Of a stretch of DNA of 64,000 nucleotides, positions 46,711 through 61,399 are shown piece after piece. Made by a program: the position numbers and the translations under genes. Where the stretch lies: NCBI RefSeq assembly GCF_009914755.1, contig NC_060933.1; one strand, 5' to 3'. This DNA is from the human T2T-CHM13v2.0 reference genome, Homo sapiens. Each line of letters opens with the position of its first letter. Positions within the stretch are counted from its first letter, which is position 1. Below the pieces are notes generated by a model. That model saw only the letters and a list, made by a program, of their open reading frames with translations, was not told the origin of the DNA and ran no database searches.

Positions 46711-49474
46711 ACTCAGTCTCTACCATTTATAAGCCACGAGACTGTGGGCAATGTTTGCATGTCGAGTGAATGCGACATTGTTTGTAAAGACACATTGCAT
46801 GACACTGAGTAAGAAGTCAAGAAGTCAGAGCTACTAATAATACACATTATTAATAAATCAAAACTAGTAATTGAAATGCTTTTTGTACATATCAACTAAC
46901 TTTCCTGTTATTAAAAATTATTTCTAATTTTTCGGAAATTCCAGAAAGATTGGCAGTAAACAAGTAATAAACCTTCTTATTCATTTTGTTTTTATACTGG
47001 AAGGTCATTAGTCACAGTCTTAAGTATGGACAGTAAAGTTAAAAAATTCAATTGGCAGGAAGTGGGTGCATCTTAAGGGCCATTTAAGAAAGTGTATGAA
47101 TTTATGAACTTTATAGTGAGAGGATGACTAACAAAAGCTAGCTAAGTACTTTCTGATTCTAGAAAAAAAATAGAGAATTTTCTCTCTGTCTTTGTTTTTC
47201 TCTCTAACATGTTAAATTAGCAGAAGACTTCAAATAGTTTGGACACATAAACATTATAACCAAACTCTCCAGTGCTTTCAGGATTTTGATATGCATAAAT
47301 ATATAAGGGAGCTGAAAGACACCCATTCCATTTTCCAACACTTCCTTTGCCCTTGTCCACACGGACCTTGCACATCTCATTGCTTTGTAGTCACATTTGA
47401 CCAAACAGGTTATTAATTATGTGTCTTAATCTCCTATCATTAACTTCAGAATGAGTCTGAATAAACTGACTGTTTTGTAAGTCTGTCAACTTTAAGAGTT
47501 GAAGGTTTTCCACCAAAGAAGAAACTCAAAAGTTTGGACCAACCTGTCTAACATCACTTTCCAGAGAAGTGTCCAAAATATTTGGAGAAGCTTCAATAGT
47601 GCAATAAATATATAATTATTGAACTTTGCTACCTTAAAGGAAACAGTACTCATTTAGATAGGTGATCCAAATTTTTACTTTTTTCCCCAAAGGCAATTTT
47701 ACCTAGACTGTTATATATAAAAGATTAAAAACAGATTTTATTTTATTTTTTTTTAATTTGGTGGAGAGGGATGCTAATGGTGAAACACCCACTGCCATCT
47801 ACTCAGGTTTTCCCTCACTTGCTAAGGGCAGCCCGCAGGGGTCCATGGAATGTCATTTGAAAACTATGAATTTAAATACCTGATTTCTGTGACTCTAACT
47901 TGCAGGTAAAGAAGAAAAGATGGTTGTGGTCTCCACTGATTCTTTCTCCATAGCATGAGTTTACAATCCTAGATGAATGTGTTATTACCTACTATAAATT
48001 TTGGTTGTTGAGGAAAAAGACAGGGATATTTAAGTGGTATAATGAAGGATTTCAGTAACATGTGCAGCTTCCTAGCCATTCAACAATCTCTGTCAGAGAG
48101 TAGATTTACTTGAGATGGCGTAGGTGAGAGTTAAAAAATAATCATTCCCTCCCTGCACTAGATACTTGCCTAGGCATAACAATTTTGCAATGCTGAGATA
48201 TTTTACTTATGCATAATTAGTTTTGTCCATATGTCCTATCTTTATTCGTTGATTCAGCATACATATATTTATAAAAACGTACCGTATATTGAGACCAGTA
48301 TGAGGGCTTAAAGATTAAATAAAAAAAGAGAAAGAGATAAGTTTCTAGGCTTTTGGCACTTAGAGAAATTACAAAATATATTTTACATTAAAATATTTAT
48401 AATTATGAAGGAAAAGCATCTTTTGGCAGAGGAAGTCATTATTTTCAAGCTGGCTAGAATTATTAGAAAAAAGTGCTTTGCGGGAGGAGGTTCCAAGATG
48501 GTCGAATAGGAACAGCTCCAGTCTACAGCTCCCAGCGTGAGCGATGCAGAAGATGGGTGATTTCTGCATTTCCAACTGAGGTACTGGGTTCGTCTCACTG
48601 GGGTTCGTCGGACAGTGGGTGCAGCCCATGGAGTGTCAGCCGAAGCAGGGTGGGGCATCGCCTTACCTGGGAAGCACAAGGGGTCAGGGAATTCCCCTTT
48701 ACTAGCCAAGGGAAGCCATGACAGATGGTACCTGGAAAATTGGGACACTCCCACCCTAATACTGTGCTTTTCCTACGGTCTTAGCAAATGGAATACCAGG
48801 AGATTATATCCCGTGCCTGGCTCAGAGGGCCCCATGCCCTTGGAGCCTCACTCACTACTAGCACAGCAGTCTGAGATCAAACTGCAAGGCAGCAGCGAGG
48901 CTTGGGGAGGGACCTCCACCATTGCTGAGGCTTGAGTAGGTAAACAAAGTGGCTGGGAAGCTTGAACTCAGTGGAGCCCACTGCTTCTCAAGGAGGCTTG
49001 CCTGCCTCTGTAGACTCCACCTCTGGGGGCAGGGCGTAGCTGAACAAAGGGCAGAGAAACTTCTGCAGACTTAAACGTCCCTGTCTGACTGCATTCAAGA
49101 GAGTAGTGATTCTCCCAGCATGGAGTTTAAGATCTGAGAGCAGACAGATTGCCTCCTCAAGTGGATCCCTGACTCCTGAGTAGCCTAACTGGGAGGCACC
49201 TCCCAGTAGGGGCTGACTGACATTTCATACAGCCAGGTGCCCCTCTGAGATGAAGCTTCCAGAGGAAGGATCAGGCAGCAACACGTTCTGCAGCCTGCAC
49301 TGGTGATACCCAGGCAAACAGGGTCTGGAGTGGACCTCCAGTAAACTCCAACAGACCTGCAGCTGAGGGTCCTGACTGTTAGAAGGAAAACTAACAAACA
49401 GAAAGGACATCCACACCAAAACCCCATCTTTATTTCACCATCATCAAAGACTAAAGGTAGATAAAACCACAAGG

Positions 49475-50500
49475 TTGAGGAGAAACTAGAGCAGAAAACC
49501 TGAAAATTCTAAAAATCAGAGCACCTCTTCTCCTGTAAAGGAACGCAGCTCCTCGGCAGCAATGGAACAAAGCTGGACGGAGAATGACTTTGACAAGGTG
49601 AGAGAAGAAGGCTTCAGACAATCGGTAATAACAAACTTCTCTGAGCTAAAGGAGGATGTTTGAACCCATCACAAAGAAGCTAGAAACCTTGAAAAAAGAT
49701 TAGACGAACGGCTAACTAGAATAAACAGCATAGAGAAGACCTTAAATGACCTGATGGAGCTGAAAACCATGGCACAAGAACTACATGATGCATGCACAAG
49801 CTTCAGTAGTCGATTTGATCAAGTAGAAGAAAGGGTTTCCATGACTGAAGATCAAATGAATGAAATGCAGCAAGAAGAGAAGTTTAGAGAAAAAAGAGTA
49901 AAAAGAAACTAACAAAGCCTCCAAGAAATATGGGACTATGTGAAAAGACCAAATCTATGTCTGATTGGTGTACCTGAAAGTGACGGGGAGAATGGAACCA
50001 AGTTGGAAAACACTCTGCAGGATATTATCCAGGAGAATTTCCCCTACCTAGCAAGGTAGGCCAACATTCAAATTCAGGAAATACAGAGAATGCCACAGAG
50101 ATACTCCTTGAGAAGAGCAACTCCAAGACACATAATTGTCAGATTCACCAAAGTTGAAATGAAGGAAAAAATGTTAAGGGCAGCCAGAGAGAAAGGTTAG
50201 GTCATCCACAAAGGGAAGCCCATCAGACTAACAGCGGATCTCTTGGCAGAAACTCTACAAGCCAGAAGAGAGTGGGCGCCTATACTAAACAATCTTAAAG
50301 AAAAGAATTTTCAACCCCAAATTTCATATCCAGCCAAACTAAGCTTCATAAATGAAGGTGAAATAAAATCCTTTACAGACAAGCAAATGCTGAGAGATTT
50401 TGTCACCACCAGGCCTGCCTTACAAGAGCTCCTGAAGGAAACACTAAACATGGAAAGGAACAACTGGTACCAGCCACTGCAAAAACATGCCAACTTGGAA
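49475..50500 (+). pseudogene. L1 ORF1 pseudogene
   Basis: Start codon changed (aaggTTGaggaga), early TAG and further stops; C-terminal part visible in ORF 50243-50536. Confidence 0.85.
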
Positions 50501-50563
50501 AGACCATCGATACTAGGAAGAAACTGCATCAACTAACGAGTAAAATAACCAGCTAACATCATA

Positions 50564-52987
50564 ATGACAGGATCAAATTCACACACAATATTAACCTTAA
50601 ATGTAAATGGACTTAATGCTCCAATTAAAAGACACAATCTGGGAAACTGGATAAACAGTCAAGACTCTTCAGTGTGCTGTATTCAGGAGACCCATCTCAC
50701 ATGCAGATACACACATGGGCTCAAAATAAAGGGATGGAGGAAGATCTACCAAGCAAATGGAAAACAAAAAAAAGCAGGGGTTGCAATCCTAGTCCCTGAT
50801 AAAACAGACTTTAAACGAACAAAGATCAAAAGAGACAAAGAAGGCCATTACATAATGGTAAAGGGATCAATTCAACAAGAAGAGCTAACTATCCTAAATC
50901 TATATGCACCCAATACAGAAGCACCCAGATTCATAAAGCAAGTCCTTAGAGACCTAAAACAAGACTTAGATTCCCACACAGTACTACTGGGAGACTTTAA
51001 CAGCCCACTGTCAACATTAGATCAATGAGACAGAAAGTTAACAAGGATATCCAGGTATTGAACTCAGCTCTGCACCAAGAGGACCTAATAGACGTTTACA
51101 GAACTCTCCACTCCAAATCAACAGAATATACATTCTTCTCAGCATCACATTGCACTTATTCCAAAATTGACCACATAGTTGGAAGTAAAGCACTCCTAAG
51201 CAAAAGTGCTTAGGACAGAAATTATAACAAACTATCTCTCAGACCACAGTGCAATCAAACTAGAACTCAGGATTGAGAAACTCACTCAAAACAGCTCAAC
51301 TATATGGAAACTGAACAACCTGCTCCTGAATGACTACTGGTTGTGTGACAAAATGAAGGCAGAAATAAAGATGTTCTTTGAAACCAATGAGAACAAAGAC
51401 ACAACATACCAGAATCTCTGGGACACATTTAAAGCAGTGTGTAGACGGAAATTTATAGCACTAAAGGCCCAGAAGAGAAAGCAGGAAAGACCTAAAATTG
51501 ACACCCTAACATCACAATTAAAACAACTAGAGAAGCAAGAGCAAACACACTCAAAAGCTAGCAGAAGGCAAGAAATAACTAAGATGAGAGCAGAACTGAA
51601 GGAGATAGAGACACAGAAAACCCTTCAAGAAATCAATGAATCCAGGAGCTGGTTTTTTGAAAAGATCAACAAAATTGATAGCCCACTAGCCAGACTAATA
51701 AATAAGAAAAGAGAGAAGAATCAAATAGATGCAAGAAAAAATGATAAAGGGGATATGACCATCAATCCCAATCCCATAGAAATACAAACTACCATCAGAG
51801 AATACTATAAACACCTATACACAAATAAACTAGAAAATCTAGAAGAAATGGGTAAATTCCTGGACACATACACCCTCCCAAGACTAAACCAGGTAGAAGT
51901 TGTGAATCCCTGAATAGACCAATAACAGGCTGTGATGAGGCAATAATTAATAGCTTACCAACCAAAAAAGTCCAGGACCAGATGAATTCACAGCCTAATT
52001 CTATCAGAGGTTCAAAGAGGAGCTGGTACCATTCCTTCTGAAAAGATTCCAATCAATAGAAAAAGAGGGAATCCTCCCTAACTCATTTTATGAGGCCAGC
52101 ATCATCCTGATACCCAAGCCTGGCCGAGACAAAACAGAAAAAGAGAATTTTAGACCAATATCCCTGATGAACATCAATGCAAAAATCCTCAATAAAATAC
52201 TGGCAAACCGATTCCAGCAGCACATCAAAAAGCTTATCCACTATGATCAAGTGGACTTCATCCCTGGGATGCAAGTCTGGTTCAACATATGCAAATCAAT
52301 AAATGTAATCCATCATATAAACAGAACCAAAGACAAAAACCACATGATTATCTCAATAGATGCAAAAAAGGCCTTCAACACAATTCAACAGCCCTTCATG
52401 TTAAAACTCTCAATAAACTAGGTATTGATGGGACATATCTCAAAATAATAAGAGCTATTTATGACAAATCCACAGCCAATATCATACTGAATGGGCAAAA
52501 ACTGCAAGCATTCCCTTTGAAAACTGGCACAAGAAATGGATGAACTCTCTCACCACTCCTATTCAACATAGTGTTGGAAGTTCGGGCCAGGGTAATCAGG
52601 CAGGAGAAAGAAATAAAGGTATTCAATTTGGAAAAGAGGAAGTCAAATTGTCCCTGTTTGCAGATGACATGACCCAGTCATCCCATTACTGGGTATATAC
52701 CCAAAGGATTATAAATCATGCTGCTGTAAAACACAAGCACATGTATGTTTATTGTGGCACTATTCACAATAGCAAAGACTTGGAACCAGCCCAAATGTCC
52801 ATCAATGGTAGACTGGATTAAGAAAATGTGGCTCATATACACCATGGAATACTATGCAGCGATGAAAAAGGATGAGTTCATGTCCTTTGTAGGGACATGG
52901 ATGAAGCTGGAAACCATCATTCTGAGCAAACTGTTGCAAGGACAGAAAACCAAACACTGCATGTTCTCACTCATATGTGGGAATTGA
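50564..52987 (+). pseudogene. L1 ORF2 pseudogene (EN and partial RT; frameshifted and deleted)
   Basis: MTGSNSH...GDFN (50564-51028), SDH (51206-51913), LSLFADD then a jump to the C-terminal segment (52745-52987). Confidence 0.9.
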
Positions 52988-53547
52988 ATACTGAGAACAC
53001 TTGGACACAGGGTGGGGAACATCACACACGGGGGCCTGTTGTGGGGTGGGGGGAGGGGGGAGGGGGGAGGGATAGCATTAGGAGATATACCTAATGTAAA
53101 TGACGAGTTAATGGGTGCAGCACACCAACATGGCACATGTATACATATGTAACAAAGCTGCATATTGTGCACATGTACCCTAAAACTTAAAGTATAATAA
53201 TAATAATAAAAAAGAAATCTTATTAAAAAAAGAAAAAAGTGCGTTGTTATAATATCATGGAAATAATGATATTCATTCCGTAGTGATACTAAGTGAAACT
53301 CAGCCTTCTCAGTTACATACTTGGAAACTTTTGATGAGTGAGAAGAACTATTTGTGGCAAGCAATCATGTTCTTTGCATGACTAGTAGCACCAGCCCCAT
53401 GATAAATAAATACTTTGTATTCAATCCTTTATTTGCTGGCTAATGATTTGCAAATCAAGACTATTGACCATGAAGATCCTACTAAAAGGGTACTATTCCA
53501 AGAGCATAGCTTGGGGGTCATTAAATTCTACAACTTTCCCCATTACC

Positions 53548-53612
53548 AAAAAACAAAAACAAAAACAAACAAACAAAAAACAAACAAACAACAAAAAACA
53601 AACAAAAAAACA
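53548..53612. repeat. (CAAA/CAAAAA)n A-rich simple repeat
   Basis: Direct inspection. Confidence 0.85.
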
Positions 53613-54234
53613 GACATTATGCAAAGGCAGTTTATTTCCTGAATGTTTTCCAAAAAATATGATATTCTTCTAATTCAACCCTTGTCAGCCCCAGTGAATG
53701 ACAGTTCAGAGCTGTTTTTTCTCTGTCCTACTTAGATGCAAGTTTTCAGGAGAGCACAACATTGCCCTTAGACTAGATTCAAAATTTTGTTAAGGATGTT
53801 GTGATTTATTATTCCGGATGACTCACATGAAACAATCTCTTAAGAGATGACTCAGTGGTATTTAAAGAAATTTCGTTATGTTAACCAGAAACAATTTTGT
53901 TGGCAAGAGTACTTCTTCTTTGAACTGTTTTATAACATTGGCTAACAATATATTATCTGTGACCAATTGCTTTGTATGCTCTGGTGCTGCTGGTCCTTTA
54001 GGTGATGCTTACAAATGCAGTGATAATTTATTAGCTCAGGCCTTACTAATTCTTGATTTGGGACAATTTCCAAAAGAAATTAACTGAAGTTTACTAATTC
54101 TTATCACTCAAAGAAATGGATTGCTGAACAAAATAACAGTCTTAGTAAGAGTTTTGGAAAGATTTTGATTGAGAAAGAAAATATACTGGCACTTAAAACA
54201 TCTGGTTGAAAATTATTATTATCAATATCTTTAC

Positions 54235-54430
54235 CTGTACCTTTTAAATTATTGGCTGGGTGATCTTAATTTCCTTTTCTGTAAAACAGTGATAATGATT
54301 ATACCAATTTCTTGGTATTTCAACACCTTCATTCATGAAATTGTGGTACTGATGGAGCCTGCATCATATAATTATTATGTGTGATAATGGGTTAATATAC
54401 ATAAAGCGCTTTAGTACCTAGAATATACAA
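54235..54430 (+). mobile_element. MIR remnant
   Basis: ttttctgtaaaacagtgataatgattatacc...gggttaatatacataaagcgctttagtacctagaatata. Confidence 0.5.
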
Positions 54431-54782
54431 TTCTTCCAAAAGTTTAGCTGTTTTAAAAAGTTATTATTAGCAAGGTGCTCATTACTCTTTGTTAGTAATG
54501 TAAGACATTTTTTCTGGGCCTTGTTCAACCATCAGAGAAAAATTATAGTTATACCACTATTAATTATAATGGTGTGAATCAAATTTATACAATTTACAGT
54601 GATATAAATAAATATTCTAAAATAGGCATTTCACTAATATAGATTTTCTTGGATTAATGAAAAATTCGTCCCTCTGTTACTGTTCTTATGGGAAAAATCT
54701 GAATTGCACTTACTAATTGTCCCACAATTTTTGTGTTTTATAACCCCAATTGTATGCTGGAAAGAGCATCAAAATGAAAACT

Positions 54783-54910
54783 GGAAAATTACCTATTAGG
54801 TATAATGTTAATTATTGGGGTGATGGGTACACTGAAGGCCAAAACTTCACCATACTCAATACATGCATGGAAGAAATCTGCACTTGTACCCCGTAAATAT
54901 CTGTAGAAAA
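54783..54910 (+). mobile_element. Short L1PB/L1MA-type 3' end fragment
   Basis: ttacctattaggtataatgt...ggtgatgggtacactgaaggcc...ctgcacttgtaccccgtaaatatc. Confidence 0.7.
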
Positions 54911-57885
54911 AGTTGGAATAACTGTTTTGTTCCTGATAATTTTTTCTAGCTTCTTAACCCCTTTTTCCTCAGAGCCCTTATCCTTAACTTTGGTAATAAT
55001 AACTATCTGAAATATTTTATGAGGATAATGTAAGATTAACTGTTGTGCTTCTGATTAACTTTTAGACAAAAGTTTTGGCTTAACCAGCCTACCTTCCTCC
55101 TTCTGCTGTCTGCATCGGGTGTTGTTTTTTTTTTTTTGTTTTTTTTTTTTGTTCTTTTTTTGGTGGAGAGGGGCGGTGGTGGTTAACACCTATACTTGGA
55201 GATACTGTTGTAACGCCAATTGTCAAAAAAAGTACACTTTTAATTTTTAATAAGTTTCAAGAAATGTATGCCTGGAATTATAAACTTGAACTGAGGCACC
55301 AAGACAAAAAACCGATAGATGTTTTTATATCTCCAGGGGGGCATCTGATCCAGATCACCAGAACTGCACTTGTTCCTTTCCTTTTTGTGTCTAGTTCAGT
55401 GACTTCCATTGTTTCTGTTTGCTATGTTTGCTATACCATATTATTCCAAAAAACTCCTGTTTTTTTGTTTTGTTTTTGTTTTTGTTTTTGTTTTGGTGGT
55501 TGGGGGTGGGTCATTTACGCAAAGTTGGTTTCTATTGCTTTCAATTAAAATCCCTAACTGAAATAGTGTCCAAAGATAGTATTTTGGTGAGAAAGTTGTG
55601 GTTCCAGGAATTGATTGAATTTAGCCTTGTAAAAGTCACTGAGCTTGTCAGAACTTGGCTTCCACTGAAGTTAGAAGTGATTTGGGCTTCTTGGTTTTGG
55701 AAGTTCATTCTAGCTCTAATACTACTGAAAATGTTTATGGTATAAAATAGAATATTAAATATTATCTGAATAAACTAAAAGTATTTATATACATGAGCAC
55801 CTTACTAGGTCCATATCAACAATTACAGCACTTTCTTGTGCTATGTTGTTAGATCAGCAGAGCACAGAGGAAATGCATTTGAAGCAATGGCTTGAAACAG
55901 TAAGAACATAGTTACATCAGATTACAGGAACAATATGGCTGACTTTTCCCTTTTGAGGGGAAAAAAGCCTGAGGGAACATTATTGACAGTAGCAAATAAA
56001 ACTTTCCTGCTTCTGAGATTTTATTTTCTCTTTTATTCTCCTACCTACACTGTAAAAGAGTAGTTAAGACAACTACCAATTAGTTGTCAGTTCAGAGCAA
56101 GCACAAAGATGGAAAACCAACCCTAAGATGCCCATAGTACTGGCTTCAAAACCTTCTAATCTCATCAAATTGTTCATAAAAGTATTATTAACCTAGCTGG
56201 TTATCAATCTTGGTCTTCAGAGCTATCGATTTTTTTTTTTTATGAGAGAAGAACTATTTCTTTTCTAGGGAATGAGTTGTTACTTGAATTTTCAAATGAG
56301 ACTCATTTTTATTTACTTTGGCAGGCACTTCCAGCGTTGTTTCAGAAGTAAGTTATTTCAGGGAGGGAGATGAAATGGGGAGATACAGTCATGCATATGG
56401 CCTTTTACTAAGATTCACTTTAAAAATGAATTTTATAGGTTCTTAAAAGGGAAGTATCTTAAAATTAAGGATAGTATTTATTTGTTGACCAAGGTTGCTA
56501 TTAATAGTACATCTAGTAATCAATGATGTCTTAGCACCCAGGAAACACAGGACACAAATATATGCATAGATAGATAAATATATAACTATACAGCTAGACA
56601 ATATATGTAATGCACTGCTATACACACAGCAAACTACTAGGTTAGTACGTTTTTGGAAATCAAAAATTAAAACTATGAAGTAGAACAAAACTTCCAAAAA
56701 ATAGAACGAATGGAAGTTCTACATCAATGAATCCTGATGAGTTTATTTGAGGCACCATCTTAGAAGGAACGTCATAGTTTGCAGAACTTATAACTTGAAT
56801 AATATCAAGGGCTCACTAGATAATCAATCACCTAAGTTGATGTTGATGTTTTAGTAACATTGGTGTTTAGTCATATTACCTCTAGCTTGAAAATGAAGGT
56901 ATGATCATCTTTCCTTTTGGCTAAAGGATGGGATATGCTGAATAGTTAATGAAACATTATTCATCTTATGCTGGAGTTAGTGAACCAGTACATCTTATAC
57001 TTTATTTATGTATTGAAACCAAAATAAGAAGAGGACATCATTAATTTTAAGGCAGTCTTTTTTTATAGGTTAGTTCTATAGCAAAATTATGGAGGACAAA
57101 ATTTTAACATGGAATTAATATTTTAAAATAAGTATATTCATGCTAATTTTGAATATTTGTTGAAAAAAATTTGTATTTTGAGAAAATATTTTTTTCAAAG
57201 CTTTTGGTGAACATAGCTTTTGGAATGCTTCTCTATGTAGATATTCTTATATTCTGGTGTGTTCTGTCCCACTTAACCTGACGCTACACAACCCTGAGTT
57301 GAATTAGAAAGGAAAATTATTTCTGAATCTGCACACTGCCCTGGAAGCTATCAGCTAGATTTTTCCACAAATGACTCACTAAGAAGCATAGAAAATGATG
57401 GTGCGCATGAAAAAGAACAATTGTTCCATTTTTAGAAGAATGACCAAAAGGTTCATCTAAGTGGCTTAATTTTGAAGGCAGAAGAATTAAATGTCTGCTT
57501 GTGATCTTGGCTCTCTTTTTACCCTCAACAAACCCTTGGAATGCTCCCTGATGCCTTTCTTAATGCAGGTCTTGGATCATCAGATGAGAGAGCTATAATG
57601 GTGACTAAATCTTTCATATCCTCAAATTATTAATCACTGACCTGCCATTTCTTATAAACAGATATTATAAATTACAAAATATTATACATTACAAAAAGGT
57701 AAAAATAAAAAGATACAAAGATTTTAGTCAGAAGTTCTTTTCCTGTACTTGACATCTTATTTAACACAAAGTTGCACATATGGACAAAAAGAGCTTAAAT
57801 CTTGGTTTTGGAAATGAAATAACCATGTAAACATGAAACTCATCAAGTCAACATTGTCTAAGAAATGATCTAGGGCCAATAATAA

Positions 57886-58231
<346 letters not shown>

Positions 58232-59309
58232 AGAACCATTTCTTATGGTTCTAAAACCATTATAATGCTCATTATGAATGTATCAAGGTGCTGCCACATC
58301 AGAAATCATCCACAAGAATGTTAAATAATGTTCGGTCCAACTTTAACAAGAAAAGTAAGGAAGTGAATATATTTCACTAAGATTTGGTAGTCAGGGTTAA
58401 AACAAAAAGGATATTCTGATTAACTGCTAGTTAACTAGATTCCTTGGTTTATAAGCATTTTTGTTTTTATATTGCAATTTAAGAATTTACTTAAATGTTA
58501 GTTGGTTTAACATTTGCTTAAATGTTAGTGTAAAAGTCAGTGCTGAAGTACAACAATAGTAGAAATTCCCGTAAGACAACTTCTTAAAATTTCAGTTCTG
58601 TGTCTTAGTTATCAAGTGATTCTGGGCAAGCAATATCCTATCTTCAGGTCTCTATTTTCTTGTCTGTGAAATGAAGGATTAGAAGTTACTTCCAAATTCT
58701 AAAATTATAAGACTCTGGATAAAAGTGCTCCACTTTTATAATCTTTTTTCTTATGTTACTGAATGTCACTGCTTTATAGAGACTGTATCCTTTTCAGAAC
58801 AGGAATGAGGGAGGCCTCAGTTTTTAGCAGCTAGAGCAATGCTAGTGTGCCAAAAGTGTGGAGTAAATTTTCTTGTCATTAGTTTTAAATAGCAAGGCTC
58901 TAGATAAGATTTTGTATTTTATATACTTCAAACACATTAAGCTTTTACTTCCTGTTACCAAAAATATTTCATACTTTATAAATAAAATATTATTAAATAC
59001 ACTGAAAATTTTCACGGTTCATTTAGCCAATGAAAGAAATCAGTTTTGTATGTACAAGAATAGCTTTTCTCTGACTATCTTGCTTGTGAAATTGAACCTT
59101 CTTACTTTCATACATTATTTGTGAATGAAATCAATAGAAAGCCTAAAATCCAAGGGGCGGAATACTTTACCAAAGGAAATTTCAATACTTGTCAAACATA
59201 AATGTAAGACAAAAACACTACTTTAGGCTTATGTAAAATTCAATGAAGCCAAATGAGAAAGACTGAAAGGGAGAAATGAGGTTAAGGAAAGAAAAACCCA
59301 AGTGTGTTA

Positions 59310-59815
59310 GCTGTGAGCAGTCTATTCAATAGATGAGACTGGCACTGGTGCAGGCTACCTCTTCTCACTGCCCTCTCTCCTTGTTGGTGGAGCTTGACTG
59401 CAGTATGCAGCTAGTGAATAGCTCAACCCTTTGATAACAAAACTTGAGAAAGGCTTCTGGGGGCTTTTGGGAAATATTTATCTCCTCAAAAGAGAGAAGG
59501 AAAGGAGGAGAAAGAAGAGAGTGAAGGGGAGAGGGGGAGAGAAACAGATACACAATTCTCTTAAGTTATGTTTTATCTACGTGAGATTTCTGAAATTGTG
59601 GCAATCATCTTGCAGCGTAAGTAGACAAAACAAAGAACTAAGACGGTAATCCAGTGGAATGGCAGAGCAGGAAGATAAGAAGCCTGGATCCCTGGATATT
59701 TGAAGTAGTCCCTGAATGACCTGCCTTTGGCTTTGTGTTGTGGGAGATAATTTTAGTTATTTTTTAAGCTATTCTAGTTGACTATTGTGCTGCTTGCGGC
59801 TAAAAGGGGTTTAAT
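59310..59815 (+). mobile_element. Old MLT1-type LTR
   Basis: ctgggggcttttgggaaa...agaagcctggatccctgg...gtgggagataa...ttaagctattctagttg; highly diverged. Confidence 0.5.
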
Positions 59816-60912
59816 TCTTCTATCTCTAGCTACTTGCTCACTCTGGGTATCGTTTGACTTTTTCCCATGGAGCACATCCAATATTTACTCCTCTAAGATT
59901 GTTTTAGGTTGGGAGAACTGGGTGACTTGTTGGAGGTGGAGGTGGCCTTTTAGTTCCAAGTTTTACTCCCTGTTGTAGCCTGAAATAGTGGTTTTGGCCA
60001 CTCTGAAAGTTCATATACCTGTACTCAGAACATTTAATTGGATATACTATAAAATAAACAAAAACTAAAGCTCAATGATTACAATTGTAGCAATAGTGTT
60101 ATTATCTGTAATATTTTGTAGCGGAGAAAATGAGAGATGACATTCTCTGTGATTAGTAACCAGTGCCTTAAAGAAAGTGAGTAAAATGATTTACTGAAGA
60201 CCTACCATTAATTCACAGCATATTATCATGAATGAGTCATTTAAGTTGTTGTTTCCACATTGCACTACTTTGCCCTTGTCGGTGCTGATTTTGTTTGTTG
60301 TCACATTAGTCACTTGTTCAGTTATTTTTGGTTCTCTTAAATTTTCTAATAATCCCTAATAGAGTTTAGTCAGCTAAATACTTTTGTTGGATAATATATG
60401 CATGAACACATCTGAGAGTTGGACAGAAGAATTTTAATTTTTGCTAATTAGTGTAAAACTTTACTTCATTTTTTTCTCAGATCAGTTAATATTTATTTTT
60501 GCATCTCAGCTGATTTTCTCTCCAGCCTTTCAAATCTCCATTTTATCAACTATAATAAAAATATCTGATAATTCTAGTTTTTGCCACAGATACTTTATTC
60601 ACTCATTTAATCAGAAATATATTTCAAGCATCTAATTTGGGCTAATCATATCAGTACTGGGACATACAATGGTGGAGAAATGAAATTTATTTTCTGTCCT
60701 TTCAGAACATATAGTCTAGTGTCATTTAGTTTATATCAGGGTTTTAGCATGATTTTATATAACTGATGACAAATGTACTTTTTTTTAGAAATAATTGTCT
60801 AGTCCCTATGGCCATAGTCTCTCCTCTTAAGTCAGTTGTAGAATAGGCATGAGTAAAGCCCAATTTCAAATTGGTATAAAGGAATGCCTCCATTATGGAG
60901 AAGAAAGCATGC

Positions 60913-61264
60913 TGTATTCATCTGTTCTCATGCTGCTAATAAGTACCTGAGACTGGGTAATTTATAAAGAAAAAGAAGTTTAATGGTTGGAGAGGCCTCA
61001 CAATCATGGCAGAAGATGAAGGAAGAGCAAAGGGACATCTTACATGGCAGCAGGCAAAGAGAAGAATGAGAACCAAGTCAAAGGGGTTTCCCCTTATGAA
61101 ATCATCAGATCTCATGAAACTTGTTCACTACCATGTTAACAGTATGGGGGAAACCACCCCCATGATTCAATTATCTCCCACTGGATCCCTCATACAACAC
61201 ATGGAAATTATGAGAGGTAAAAATCAAGATGAGATTTGGGTGGGGACACAGCCAACCCATATCA
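60913..61264 (-). mobile_element. THE1B solo LTR
   Basis: tgtattcatctgttctcatgctgctaataa...gagatttgggtggggacacagccaacccatatca; 5-bp TSD catgc/catac. Confidence 0.9.
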
Positions 61265-61399
61265 CATACAAATAACTCACTTTTACAGTTTACAACAAAA
61301 CAAAACAACAACAAGAAAATATTTTCTGTCCAGAGGAGGCATAAGTATGCATTTTAAGGTATCAGGAAAAAAGGAGAGTGTTAAGCTAAGCAGATGAAT

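Larger units (their letters stand above)
48481..53230 (+). mobile_element. L1PA5-type LINE-1 with intact 5' end and an ~1.4-kb internal ORF2 deletion
   Basis: 5' gggaggaggttccaagatggtcgaatagg; L1PA5-like 3'UTR (gtaaatgacgagttaatgggtgcagcacaccaacatgg); 16-bp TSD agaaaaaagtgctttg (48465-48480) / agaaaaaagtgcgttg (53231-53246) at a TT|AGAAAA site. Confidence 0.95.

Noticed and set aside
48369-48754. Antisense ORFs running from the L1PA5 5'UTR into the flank
   Set aside because: Common by-product of the GC-rich L1 5'UTR; no independent support.
48848-48922. L1 ORF0 in the L1PA5 5'UTR (minus strand)
   Set aside because: The ATG is present, but a TGA ends the frame after 24 codons.
51206-51913. 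Longest ORF (235 aa) and the other 150-200 aa ORFs as possible genes
   Set aside because: All are L1 ORF1/ORF2 fragments bounded by frameshifts or stops; no element here is coding-intact.
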